NCBI GenBank assembly: GCA_021654395.1
Contig: AP024486.1
Span: forward strand, 390,001 to 422,000
Origin: Candidatus Saccharimonadota bacterium
GTDB taxonomy: Archaea > Micrarchaeota > Micrarchaeia > Micrarchaeales > Micrarchaeaceae
Reading direction: 5' to 3'
DNA length: 32,000 bases
The notes under the pieces are model-generated. The model made no database searches and was not told the DNA's origin. It saw only the letters and a list, made by a program, of their open reading frames with translations. The position numbers and the translations under genes are program-made. Shown here one piece after another: positions 17,354 to 25,997 of this stretch (within the stretch, counting starts at the first letter, position 1; every line of letters starts with the position of its first letter).

Positions 17354-19792
17354 TTAGATCAATCTTCTCTGCATTCCGCTATTAAGTATACTATCTTTAG
17401 ATATATTAAACTCCTTAAAGATTCTCATAACAGCTGGTAAGATCTGATGCTCTATATAGTAGTTAGCATCGTAATCCTTAGCAAGCTCTAAGAGCTTGGC
17501 CTTCTCTGAAGGATTACTCCCCTCCTTTGTTATAACATACTTTATTACTGAGCCCTCTAGATCATTCTTTGTCTTAAAGCCCTTCTTGATAGCATCTAAA
17601 GCTGCATTTAGCTCAGGCGATCTTACATCATAGCTATCTATGCTTTTTCTCAGCTGTGTTGATATTGCTAGATCTTCAAGAGGTACTGCTCCTGATCTTA
17701 GTCTATTGATTGTCTCTTTTACAATAGATACTGCCTTATTTATATCTCCATATCTTAGTATAGTCTCTATGACATTCATCTGTGTATCTCTTGCTATCTT
17801 AGACCAATCTCTTCTAACAAGCTCAAAGCCTTTTACCTTTATCTTACCATCATATGTTATTAGTGCATACTTCTTCTTTGCTCCTGTTGTCTGATTCTCT
17901 GTTTTCTTTCCTACAAAGATACCTCTCATATAGAAGTCTTCTAGCTCAAGCTCCATATCCTTTGGAAGCTTGCTGTTGTAATCCTTCATAAAGCTTATTA
18001 CATCATCCTTGCCTTTGCTTCCTAGTAGTATAACTATAGAATCAGTATCTGAGTAGATAACCTTAAAGCCTGCCTTTTCAGCCTCTTCTATAGTTTTCAT
18101 TATATAGTATCTGCCATATGCAGTAACAGCAGATGCGCATTCTCTGGAGTACCATCTTGATCTAGAGTATCCTAGATATCCATAGAAAGAGTTAGCTATT
18201 ATCTTTAACGCTTGCGATCTAGATCCTAATATTATATCGTCTGGATGCTGCTTAAATAGCTTCTTTACTAGCGCTCTCTCATCAACAAATCTCTTAAGTA
18301 CTGTTGGTATCTCCCCTATCTTATCTTTTCTGAATCTAATACCATTTGGAGCTTCATAGTACTCTGAGCAGCTACTATCGCATATGCAGCTAGGGTCTAT
18401 ATTATGCGCTATTATGATTGATGGATAAAGCCCTCTAAAGTCCAGTATTGCTAAATTGTTATATAACCCTGGATCTGGCGTTTTAACAAATGCTCCTTGT
18501 ATTGGATTAAGCTCTCTAAATATAATCTCCTTCTCTTCAGGCTTCTCTGGTATTATAGCATTAAACTCCTTTGAGTAAAACTGAAGAGTAGATTCAACAA
18601 GCTGACCTGCTGTGGATACAGCCGTATCCTTTATAAGGCTGCCTGTTATCTTAGATATCTCTACTATCAATGGAAAGAAGCTAGTAAATACCTTGTATAA
18701 TGCATAAGAGTCATTTAGATTATACTCTGCAAGCTCCTTAAGCTGATCTGCTGAACCATCCCACATCTTATATATCTCTGCCTTATTAACCATAACTTTC
18801 TTATCATTTGTTAATGCTTCATACACACTCCTTAAAGTATAATCTGCTAGCTTTAGTATATTTGCAGATGCACCAACTAGTGCGACAAACTTAGATACTG
18901 TATACATATCTATATGTATGCGCCCAGCTATGACTACCTTATAGTTTAATCCATGGCTCTCTATCTTAGTATAGCTTGATTCATTAACTCTGCTCAAGTC
19001 AAAATCTATAGAGTAGATAGCTGATCTTCTCTTTAGATAGTCTATATCGAATGTTGATGAGTTATATCCTGTTATTATATCTATATCATTCTGCTTTACT
19101 ATATCTATGAAGGCTTTAATCATCTCTGCCTCGCTATCGAACAAGATAACATTCTCTAGCCCTATCTGCTTTGTCGTTAGTACCTTCGTCTCACTTATAT
19201 GGCTTCCATTAAAGATACAGTAGCTTATCATTATTATAGGATCTCTCTTTGGATTTGGCTTAAGATTTGGATTATAAACCTCTATATCAAATGCCATTAC
19301 ATTTAGATTGTTTATATCTATATATTCATCTAGCGGCTTCATAGCTCTAATAAAGCTTCTATTGTCTTTATCATAATAGTCTATCTCATAGAATCTAAAA
19401 GGTACTATCTGATTATCAATAAGATATCTTTTATAGAAGCTTATATCATACTCAAAGCACTCTCCAAAGTTCTTCAGGTGCTCAGCAGCATCTTTTATCT
19501 CAGAAGGTAATCTATAATAGATCTTAAATAGATTGAGCTGCTTACCGAATAGCTCTTTAATAGATCTCTCTATCTTTAACGGTTTTATTATACTGCCTTC
19601 ATTATCTATTATTGCAAGCTTCTCTATCATCTCCTCATTTATACTTTCGTTTGGCTTAAAGTAAAGATATGGCAAGAAGCTATCATCATAGAATACCTTA
19701 AATCTATTACTTGAGTCTTTAGTATATACTCTAACTATAGCATTGTTATTTTCGACAAAGTAATCTATATCAAGTATGCTGTACTTATCCAT
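17354..19792 (-). CDS. polB: Family B DNA polymerase
   Basis: Exo I FDIEV, Pol motifs DFRGLYPSIIIAHNI, KIIANSFYGYLG and YSDTDS. 812 aa with no intein. Confidence 0.95.
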   Translation of the reverse strand: MDKYSILDIDYFVENNNAIVRVYTKDSSNRFKVFYDDSFLPYLYFKPNESINEEMIEKLAIIDNEGSIIKPLKIERSIKELFGKQLNLFKIYYRLPSEIKDAAEHLKNFGECFEYDISFYKRYLIDNQIVPFRFYEIDYYDKDNRSFIRAMKPLDEYIDINNLNVMAFDIEVYNPNLKPNPKRDPIIMISYCIFNGSHISETKVLTTKQIGLENVILFDSEAEMIKAFIDIVKQNDIDIITGYNSSTFDIDYLKRRSAIYSIDFDLSRVNESSYTKIESHGLNYKVVIAGRIHIDMYTVSKFVALVGASANILKLADYTLRSVYEALTNDKKVMVNKAEIYKMWDGSADQLKELAEYNLNDSYALYKVFTSFFPLIVEISKITGSLIKDTAVSTAGQLVESTLQFYSKEFNAIIPEKPEEKEIIFRELNPIQGAFVKTPDPGLYNNLAILDFRGLYPSIIIAHNIDPSCICDSSCSEYYEAPNGIRFRKDKIGEIPTVLKRFVDERALVKKLFKQHPDDIILGSRSQALKIIANSFYGYLGYSRSRWYSRECASAVTAYGRYYIMKTIEEAEKAGFKVIYSDTDSIVILLGSKGKDDVISFMKDYNSKLPKDMELELEDFYMRGIFVGKKTENQTTGAKKKYALITYDGKIKVKGFELVRRDWSKIARDTQMNVIETILRYGDINKAVSIVKETINRLRSGAVPLEDLAISTQLRKSIDSYDVRSPELNAALDAIKKGFKTKNDLEGSVIKYVITKEGSNPSEKAKLLELAKDYDANYYIEHQILPAVMRIFKEFNISKDSILNSGMQRRLI

Positions 19793-19859
19793 TAAGATAG
19801 ACTTAGATTAATAAAAGCTAATAAGCTAATTATCAATATAATTATGATTGGTGATCTGA

Positions 19860-20588
19860 TTGCCGGAAAAGCCACAATTGCTAGAAGCACCTTATAGACT
19901 AAAGAAGATAGTTCAAGAGACGCCAGATGTTAACTCGTTTGTCTTCGAGCCGTTACAAGAGTATAATATAAAGTTCGATCCTGGAATGTTTGTTATGCTC
20001 CAATATAGAGGGCCTGATGAGAAGATAGCTAGGGCCTTCTCTATAGCCTCATCTCCTTTAGAAAAGGAGATGGAGTTTATAATACATATGATACATGGTA
20101 GATTCACTAAGCATCTAGATACTGCTAAGGAGGGAGATATATATTATATAACTGGCCCTTATGGTCAGTTTAGATTCGACCCTAATGTTAACAAGAAGGT
20201 CCTATTCATAGCAGGAGGCACTGGAATAGCGCCTTTTATATCAATGCTTAGATATATAGATCAGATGCATCTAGATACAGAGATAAAGCTGCTATATAGC
20301 GTAAGATATGTTGATGAGATAATAAAGAGGCAGGAGCTTGATGATCTAACCAAGAGAATAAAGCTAGACTATGCAGTAACTGTTACTAGACCGAATGAAG
20401 ATAGAGGCAGAGGATGGAATGGGCTTACGGGCCATGTAGATGCAAGTATGATAGCCAACTACGCTAAAGATGTAAATGAGAGAACCTCTTATATATGCGG
20501 GCCCCTCGGATTTGTTAAAGCCGTAAAGGATGCCCTTAAGTCATTAAATATATCAGAAGCAAGCATAAAGGCAGATGTCTGGGGTTAG
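19860..20588 (+). CDS. FNR-like FAD/NAD(P)-binding oxidoreductase (no Fe-S tail)
   Basis: RAFSIASSP (RxYS-type FAD motif) and GGTGIAP (NAD(P) motif). TTG start supported by GGTGATC 6 nt upstream. Confidence 0.7.
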   Translation: MPEKPQLLEAPYRLKKIVQETPDVNSFVFEPLQEYNIKFDPGMFVMLQYRGPDEKIARAFSIASSPLEKEMEFIIHMIHGRFTKHLDTAKEGDIYYITGPYGQFRFDPNVNKKVLFIAGGTGIAPFISMLRYIDQMHLDTEIKLLYSVRYVDEIIKRQELDDLTKRIKLDYAVTVTRPNEDRGRGWNGLTGHVDASMIANYAKDVNERTSYICGPLGFVKAVKDALKSLNISEASIKADVWG

Positions 20589-22421
20589 CTATATAAACGC
20601 AATTATGAATAGACTGAGTATATATCCTAATATAAGAACTAAAGGCGCAATATACTTAGTTATATAGATAGTTGAGTTGAATGCAGCCCCTGCCTTAACT
20701 ATAAAGTTCTCTCCCCATACCCTTACCTTAACGCTGCTCTTTAAAAATCCGAACTCGCATTCCTCTAAGCTCTCCTCTGCCTTATTAAAAAGCTCATCTA
20801 TAATACTTATAAGATAGCCTTCATCAACATATCTGCCCAATACAACGTCTGCCTTAGAGCCCAAGGAGTTAACTACGTGTGTATCTGTTGTTATTATCTC
20901 GCCGTCATATCTATACTTAGATCTTATGTATTCTAATAGCTTCTCTCTCAAGCTAGGCAGCATATTGTTTGCATTAAAGCTAAGTATGAAGAAGCCATCT
21001 CTCTGGCCTTTCATTATTAGTAGATTTGCATAGCCTTCTGCAACATCATTGTATCTGCGTGTTATATACTTATAAGCATATCCTATCTTATTTATACCTC
21101 TAATCTTTATATAAGGCTTGCTGCTTATAGCTCTGATATACTCTCTAAAGTATCTACTATCCTCAGTTATTCCTTCAGACCACAGATCTAATAGATCCTT
21201 TTCATCAGAGCTTTCATCTCTAGAGTTATGAGCATCGACTAATGCTACCTCTTTAAATCTTTTCTGCAGTGTTGCGTTTATTATCTTGCTTGCAGCAGTA
21301 TTTATATCTTCTGTCGTCTTTGGAGCCCTACTAAGTATTGTTAGAGCTCTCCTGCTATTAAAGATTATATTAATAGCTCTAGCAGATCTGTACTTGCTTA
21401 TACTTATATCTATACTATTATATCTTCTCTTTCCTATTAGCTCCATGCTCTTATTGATATCCTTCTTAAATACACTTATCTGATTTGACGCTACAGGATT
21501 TAGATCTATATTAACTGCACCGTGCAGTATAATAGGAACAACATTATATCTATTCTTTATATACCTGCTTAGCTCTAACGGATAAGCGCTTCCGCCTATA
21601 TTATTCGCTGGCCCGTAATGAACGTTGGGCAGATATAGTATTGATTTAAGCTTATTGCTTCTCTTTGATATAAATGCTATAGTAAATGTATCTACATCTT
21701 TATATACGCCAAAGCCCTTCCCTCCAAAAGCAGTATTTATATTTATATTAAATAGCCATGCTCTTATAAACTGCGATACCGCATCTAGAGGATCCATATT
21801 CAATGATCTTTTTATAGGATTCCTCATTATTCTTATTATTATAGTAGATATTAAAGCAGATATGAATGCACCTATAATGAACTTTAATATAAGCATTATC
21901 TCGTTAGATGATGCATTAAGCAATATCCCATAAGTTGGTATATATAGCAAGAATAATGCTAATGGCTGTACTAAAGATACAAGCAGCTTATTAAATCTGC
22001 CTATATTTATAAAGGTTAGAATTATATACCAGAAGCCCAATACTGAAGAGACGCCAACTATTACAGCAGCAGTGTATAAGCCTACAGATGAATATAACGC
22101 AAGCAGTAGCGCAGCTATTATATTAAAAAGAGAGTACGGTATTAGACTGGCATATGCTATAACAGTAAGATGTCTAAATCTAAATCTTCTATATACTGTT
22201 TTTACTACAACTGCAGCTATAAGTGACGGTATTATATACAAAACAAATGTAGAGTATATGGCATAGCTAAGATATGTTAAAAGATTGAGGTATCTATAGA
22301 ATTTAGTTATTATTATATAGCTTGTTATGAGTGATACTGCTAAGCTATACAAGAATGCTAGTAAGCTCTGCAGTCTTATATTGGGGCTTATCTTAAATAG
22401 CAGATTCTCTATCTTACTCAT
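20589..22421 (-). CDS. Large polytopic membrane protein with a soluble C-terminal domain (DUF2070/COG3356-like architecture, from memory)
   Basis: About 7 N-terminal TM helices, a roughly 350-aa soluble region and a terminal TM. The family name needs HMM confirmation. Lies 45 nt downstream of uppS on the same strand. Confidence 0.5.
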   Translation of the reverse strand: MSKIENLLFKISPNIRLQSLLAFLYSLAVSLITSYIIITKFYRYLNLLTYLSYAIYSTFVLYIIPSLIAAVVVKTVYRRFRFRHLTVIAYASLIPYSLFNIIAALLLALYSSVGLYTAAVIVGVSSVLGFWYIILTFINIGRFNKLLVSLVQPLALFLLYIPTYGILLNASSNEIMLILKFIIGAFISALISTIIIRIMRNPIKRSLNMDPLDAVSQFIRAWLFNININTAFGGKGFGVYKDVDTFTIAFISKRSNKLKSILYLPNVHYGPANNIGGSAYPLELSRYIKNRYNVVPIILHGAVNIDLNPVASNQISVFKKDINKSMELIGKRRYNSIDISISKYRSARAINIIFNSRRALTILSRAPKTTEDINTAASKIINATLQKRFKEVALVDAHNSRDESSDEKDLLDLWSEGITEDSRYFREYIRAISSKPYIKIRGINKIGYAYKYITRRYNDVAEGYANLLIMKGQRDGFFILSFNANNMLPSLREKLLEYIRSKYRYDGEIITTDTHVVNSLGSKADVVLGRYVDEGYLISIIDELFNKAEESLEECEFGFLKSSVKVRVWGENFIVKAGAAFNSTIYITKYIAPLVLILGYILSLFIIAFI

Positions 22422-22466
22422 ATATAAATTACTTGTAGTTTAAGCTCTTTTAATCTTACTTCTAAT

Positions 22467-23162
22467 CTATCTACCAAACCTCCTTTCTCTATTATTATAA
22501 GCAGATATAGCATCCTTTAGATCGCTCTCTTCGATCTCAGGCCAAAGCTTATTACAGAAGTAGAGCTCTGAATAAGCCGTCTGTATTGGTAGAAATCCAG
22601 AGAGTCTAAGCTCTCCAGATGTTCTAAAGACTAGATCTATATTACCTATTCTGCTGCTTAGTAGATTCTTCGTTATTAATCTATTTATATCGTCATAACT
22701 TAAGCTACTGCTCTTACTTAAGATCCTCTTCACCATATATCTTATATCGTCTAAGCCGCCATATGGTATTAGAAAGTTTAAGCTACCGCCATCACACTTA
22801 TTAGTTCTCTTCTCAACGTATCTCAGTGCTTCGTCTACAGATCTTGGTAGAAGATCTCTTAATCCTATGGCTCTAAATCTTATATTATTATCTATAAGTC
22901 TCTTTATATTCTCATTATTTACAGCAGACTTAAGATTCTTAAAGTAGAAATAAAGCTCAATAGGTAACCTTTTCTTTATATTATCTGTAGAAAGCCCCCA
23001 TAATGTTATATCTCTTATGTTATATTTTAGGCACCAATCTGTAAAATCTATTACTTTCTCTACACTTTTCTTATATGCCTCGAATAAGCCTACTGAAGCC
23101 TTTTTAGACCATCTTCTATTTCCGTCAGGTATTACTCCTATATGTTTGAGCTTACTGTTTAT
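22467..23162 (-). CDS. uppS: cis-Prenyltransferase (undecaprenyl/dolichyl-type diphosphate synthase) with no canonical start codon
   Basis: My translation of the open frame gives HIGVIPDGNRRW...LWGLSTDN...IPYGG...DLVFRTSGELRLSGFLPIQTAYSELYF...RERRFGR, collinear with E. coli UppS. The ORF track reports only the last 89 aa because the first ATG/GTG/TTG is at 22736. Confidence 0.85.
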   Translation of the reverse strand: MNSKLKHIGVIPDGNRRWSKKASVGLFEAYKKSVEKVIDFTDWCLKYNIRDITLWGLSTDNIKKRLPIELYFYFKNLKSAVNNENIKRLIDNNIRFRAIGLRDLLPRSVDEALRYVEKRTNKCDGGSLNFLIPYGGLDDIRYMVKRILSKSSSLSYDDINRLITKNLLSSRIGNIDLVFRTSGELRLSGFLPIQTAYSELYFCNKLWPEIEESDLKDAISAYNNRERRFGR

Positions 23163-23236
23163 TTAAGACACCATCTTATCAAAAAAGATTGAATCAATAA
23201 TAAATAATGGTCTAGGAATATTTTTAAATGCTTAAG

Positions 23237-23710
23237 TTACTTCATTAATATCTCTTGCTTATCTGTATCGCTTCTGCCATACTTCTGCTTTAGATAATTC
23301 CAAACATATATATAATCATTGTGCCATCTGGGATCTACATGTATCTTTAACCAATAATGAAAGAATATATCTGGAATAGGTTTACTAAATACCTGCTTAA
23401 CATCGTCACAGTCTATCTTATTCCAGTTATTACATGCAGATATATACTCCTCTTTAACTCTATCGGATTTTAATGCATCAAAGTCCATACTATCTATTGC
23501 TTTTCTCGTATACCATGAGAAGTTCTCTGAAAAAGAGTAGATTATTATGCCAGCAATTCTCAAGAGCTTAAGGCTGTCTCCATCAGGAAATTGAAAGGAG
23601 AATGTGTAGTTGGAGTCTATGCCTGATCTCTGGCGCTTCTCAGTCTTATCAAGATTCTTTATTGAGTTAACAAGGTCATCATATATTGTATAACTATATT
23701 TCTTAGGCAT
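23237..23710 (-). CDS. Hypothetical protein (157 aa, Trp/Tyr-rich, soluble)
   Basis: An ORF with host-like codon usage, flanked by intergenic gaps of 62-74 and 68 bp. No motif recognised. Confidence 0.5.
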   Translation of the reverse strand: MPKKYSYTIYDDLVNSIKNLDKTEKRQRSGIDSNYTFSFQFPDGDSLKLLRIAGIIIYSFSENFSWYTRKAIDSMDFDALKSDRVKEEYISACNNWNKIDCDDVKQVFSKPIPDIFFHYWLKIHVDPRWHNDYIYVWNYLKQKYGRSDTDKQEILMK

Positions 23711-23778
23711 ATACTCAATATAAATTTACTTCGAATTAATAATTAAAGTTTTTCCTATAAGATCGATAATTTACAAAG

Positions 23779-24987
23779 TTATGCTAAATTATTATCTAAA
23801 TAGCTTATAACTCTCTTAACTATAGAGTCTTTATCATCATCTGCAGATAGCATCTCAATAAGAGCCCTTACATCTATATTATATCCTTTAGAAGACAATC
23901 CATTATCTATCATTGATAACGCTCTCTCTTTTACAGTTAATCCATCTACCTTGCCTTCTCTTACCTTATTGATACTCTCTTGTAGACTAGTATCATTGAG
24001 ATCATCTATATCTGAAGTCAGATACGCTCTATTGCTATATAGATTCTCTATCTCCTTTAATAAGGATGCTATCTCGGCCTTGCTACCATCTCCCTCTATC
24101 TTTATTAGTATAATAGGGGTATCAGATAGCGTTAACTTGTTTATAGAATCAGCTATACTATATCTTAGATCTCTTATATTGTAGTCTTTATTCAGTCTGT
24201 ACTTTAGTATAACAAACTTTCTAGAGTTTATATAATTAAAGCTGTAGCTCTTGCTATCTGTATTAAATATATAAAAGCCTTTGCTCTCTTGCTCGTTCTC
24301 TTTTAGCTGTGTTATTACAGTGCTCCCTGGTATAAGAAATGGCTTTCCATTATAGCTCTTCTCTACTCTAGAATGAATATGTCCATCTATATAAAGATCA
24401 AATCCTTTTGGCAGATCATCCATTCTTGCAAACTTGTCATTATGAGGAATAAGCTCTATAAGCGATTGATGGAATATGAATACGTTAAATGCATTCTCAA
24501 TAGGCTTAGGGTTAAACTCTTTTATCTTTTCTGCGAAGAGCTCTTCAGAGACCCCGCCTATACCAAATACAGACAGTCTCTCTGAGCCTTTCTCTACTAT
24601 AACATAAGACTCATTAGCATTTGCAACTAATCCTGCTAGTGAGAGCAGATCAACAGCATTCTCCTTTCCTACAGCTAATCTCTCATGTGTACCAGATATT
24701 GCTATTATTGGAACATCTGTCATCATCCTCTGCTTAGCTCCATCATATCTTAATATCTCTTTTACTCTCGCATCCCACTGCTTCATATACTTTATCTTAA
24801 GGAATATCCTAAATGCTCTAGCTATAACCTCTGTTTTAGGCTCTCTAAAGTCAAAGATATCCCCAGGAATAATTATAACATCTGCCATCTCTGCAGCCTT
24901 TGTCAAGGCCTCTTCTGCTTGATTGAAAGAGTCTTCATAGAATCTATCATAGCCCATATGCAGATCAGATAGTATAGCGATCTTCAA
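23779..24987 (-). CDS. mre11: DNA double-strand-break repair nuclease Mre11
   Basis: Phosphoesterase motifs DLHMG, PGDIFD, SGTHE (variant of GNHD/E), FHQS, GHIHSR...PGS, collinear with P. furiosus Mre11. TTG start lies immediately after the DHH gene's stop. Confidence 0.85.
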   Translation of the reverse strand: MKIAILSDLHMGYDRFYEDSFNQAEEALTKAAEMADVIIIPGDIFDFREPKTEVIARAFRIFLKIKYMKQWDARVKEILRYDGAKQRMMTDVPIIAISGTHERLAVGKENAVDLLSLAGLVANANESYVIVEKGSERLSVFGIGGVSEELFAEKIKEFNPKPIENAFNVFIFHQSLIELIPHNDKFARMDDLPKGFDLYIDGHIHSRVEKSYNGKPFLIPGSTVITQLKENEQESKGFYIFNTDSKSYSFNYINSRKFVILKYRLNKDYNIRDLRYSIADSINKLTLSDTPIILIKIEGDGSKAEIASLLKEIENLYSNRAYLTSDIDDLNDTSLQESINKVREGKVDGLTVKERALSMIDNGLSSKGYNIDVRALIEMLSADDDKDSIVKRVISYLDNNLA

Positions 24988-25995
24988 CTAATCCACCATA
25001 TCTGATATATACTTAACAAATCTTTCTATAAAATAGCTTCTATCCTTATGTGCTACTCCATAAGCTCCTGCAGCAGATGGATGTCCGCCACCAGATGCAT
25101 TTAGCTTAATGGCTATACTATTAAATATATACCCTAGATTTATTCCGTATCTACTTTCTAGTATAGGATTTGCTCTAGCAGAGAATGATAGATCCTCATC
25201 TCTAACGCTATAGAATAATGCTATATCTACACCAAGATTAAGAGCACGCTCTGCGCATGTATTTGCTCCAACGTATAAGGCCTCTCCAATCATAAGTATA
25301 AGCTTATCCTTTAGTATAAGATGCTGAGCCCTTGTTATAGAGTCAATTATATGTATATTCGTATCTGGCTGACTCTCATGCTTTATAAGATCCTCTATCT
25401 CGTTATAGCTGCATCTTGCTATCTTAAGAAGCTCGCCGAACTGCATAAATGTTATATAGCTAGAGTTTCTAAATCCAGCTGAATCCTCATATATACTATA
25501 AGCTAGAAGCTTAGCATCATTCTGAGATAGCTTTATGTCAAGGCTCTTCGCTATAGCGTATACTACGCTAGAGGTTGATGAGTATCTCTCATCATTGAAT
25601 ATATTGACATTGTATCTGTAGCTAGAGAGATCTATATAATGATGATCTATAACGAAGATCCTCTCTTCTGGAAACTCTTTAACTAGATCGTAGTGCTCGC
25701 TTATCTCGTTTGTGTCTAAGAATATTAAGCTATAGTAGCTGCTCAATCTCTCATCATTTAGGTCTTTCATCGTTATAAATCCTTTATCATAATTGAATAG
25801 ATTATAAAGTCTACTCGCAGATGCTGTTAAGCCACCATCAAATAGTATATCGGATCTGTTTATTATATACTTAGATAGTATTATCGAGGATGCAACTATA
25901 TCAGTATCTGCCATTCTGTGTCCTGTAATTAGTGCTCTCTTGTATCTTATCGAAGCGATCTTATCTATAAGTTCATCTAGATCTAGAACAGGCAT
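24988..25995 (-). CDS. DHH/DHHA1 phosphoesterase (NrnA/archaeal RecJ-like nuclease)
   Basis: Motifs HRMADTD (I), FLDTN (II), IDHH (III), DSAGF (IV) and GGGHPSAAG (DHHA1). Confidence 0.8.
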   Translation of the reverse strand: MPVLDLDELIDKIASIRYKRALITGHRMADTDIVASSIILSKYIINRSDILFDGGLTASASRLYNLFNYDKGFITMKDLNDERLSSYYSLIFLDTNEISEHYDLVKEFPEERIFVIDHHYIDLSSYRYNVNIFNDERYSSTSSVVYAIAKSLDIKLSQNDAKLLAYSIYEDSAGFRNSSYITFMQFGELLKIARCSYNEIEDLIKHESQPDTNIHIIDSITRAQHLILKDKLILMIGEALYVGANTCAERALNLGVDIALFYSVRDEDLSFSARANPILESRYGINLGYIFNSIAIKLNASGGGHPSAAGAYGVAHKDRSYFIERFVKYISDMVD

Positions 25996-25997
25996 AT

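Noticed and set aside
22467-22736. The 89-aa ORF as an independent gene.
   Set aside because: It is the C-terminal third of uppS. The same frame stays open upstream to 23162 and encodes the rest of the enzyme.
25625-25700. ATGATGA strings as box C of C/D box sRNAs (for example about 25631; others inside truD and aCPSF1).
   Set aside because: All are inside coding sequence and lack a properly spaced CTGA box D or terminal stem. No intergenic candidate was found.
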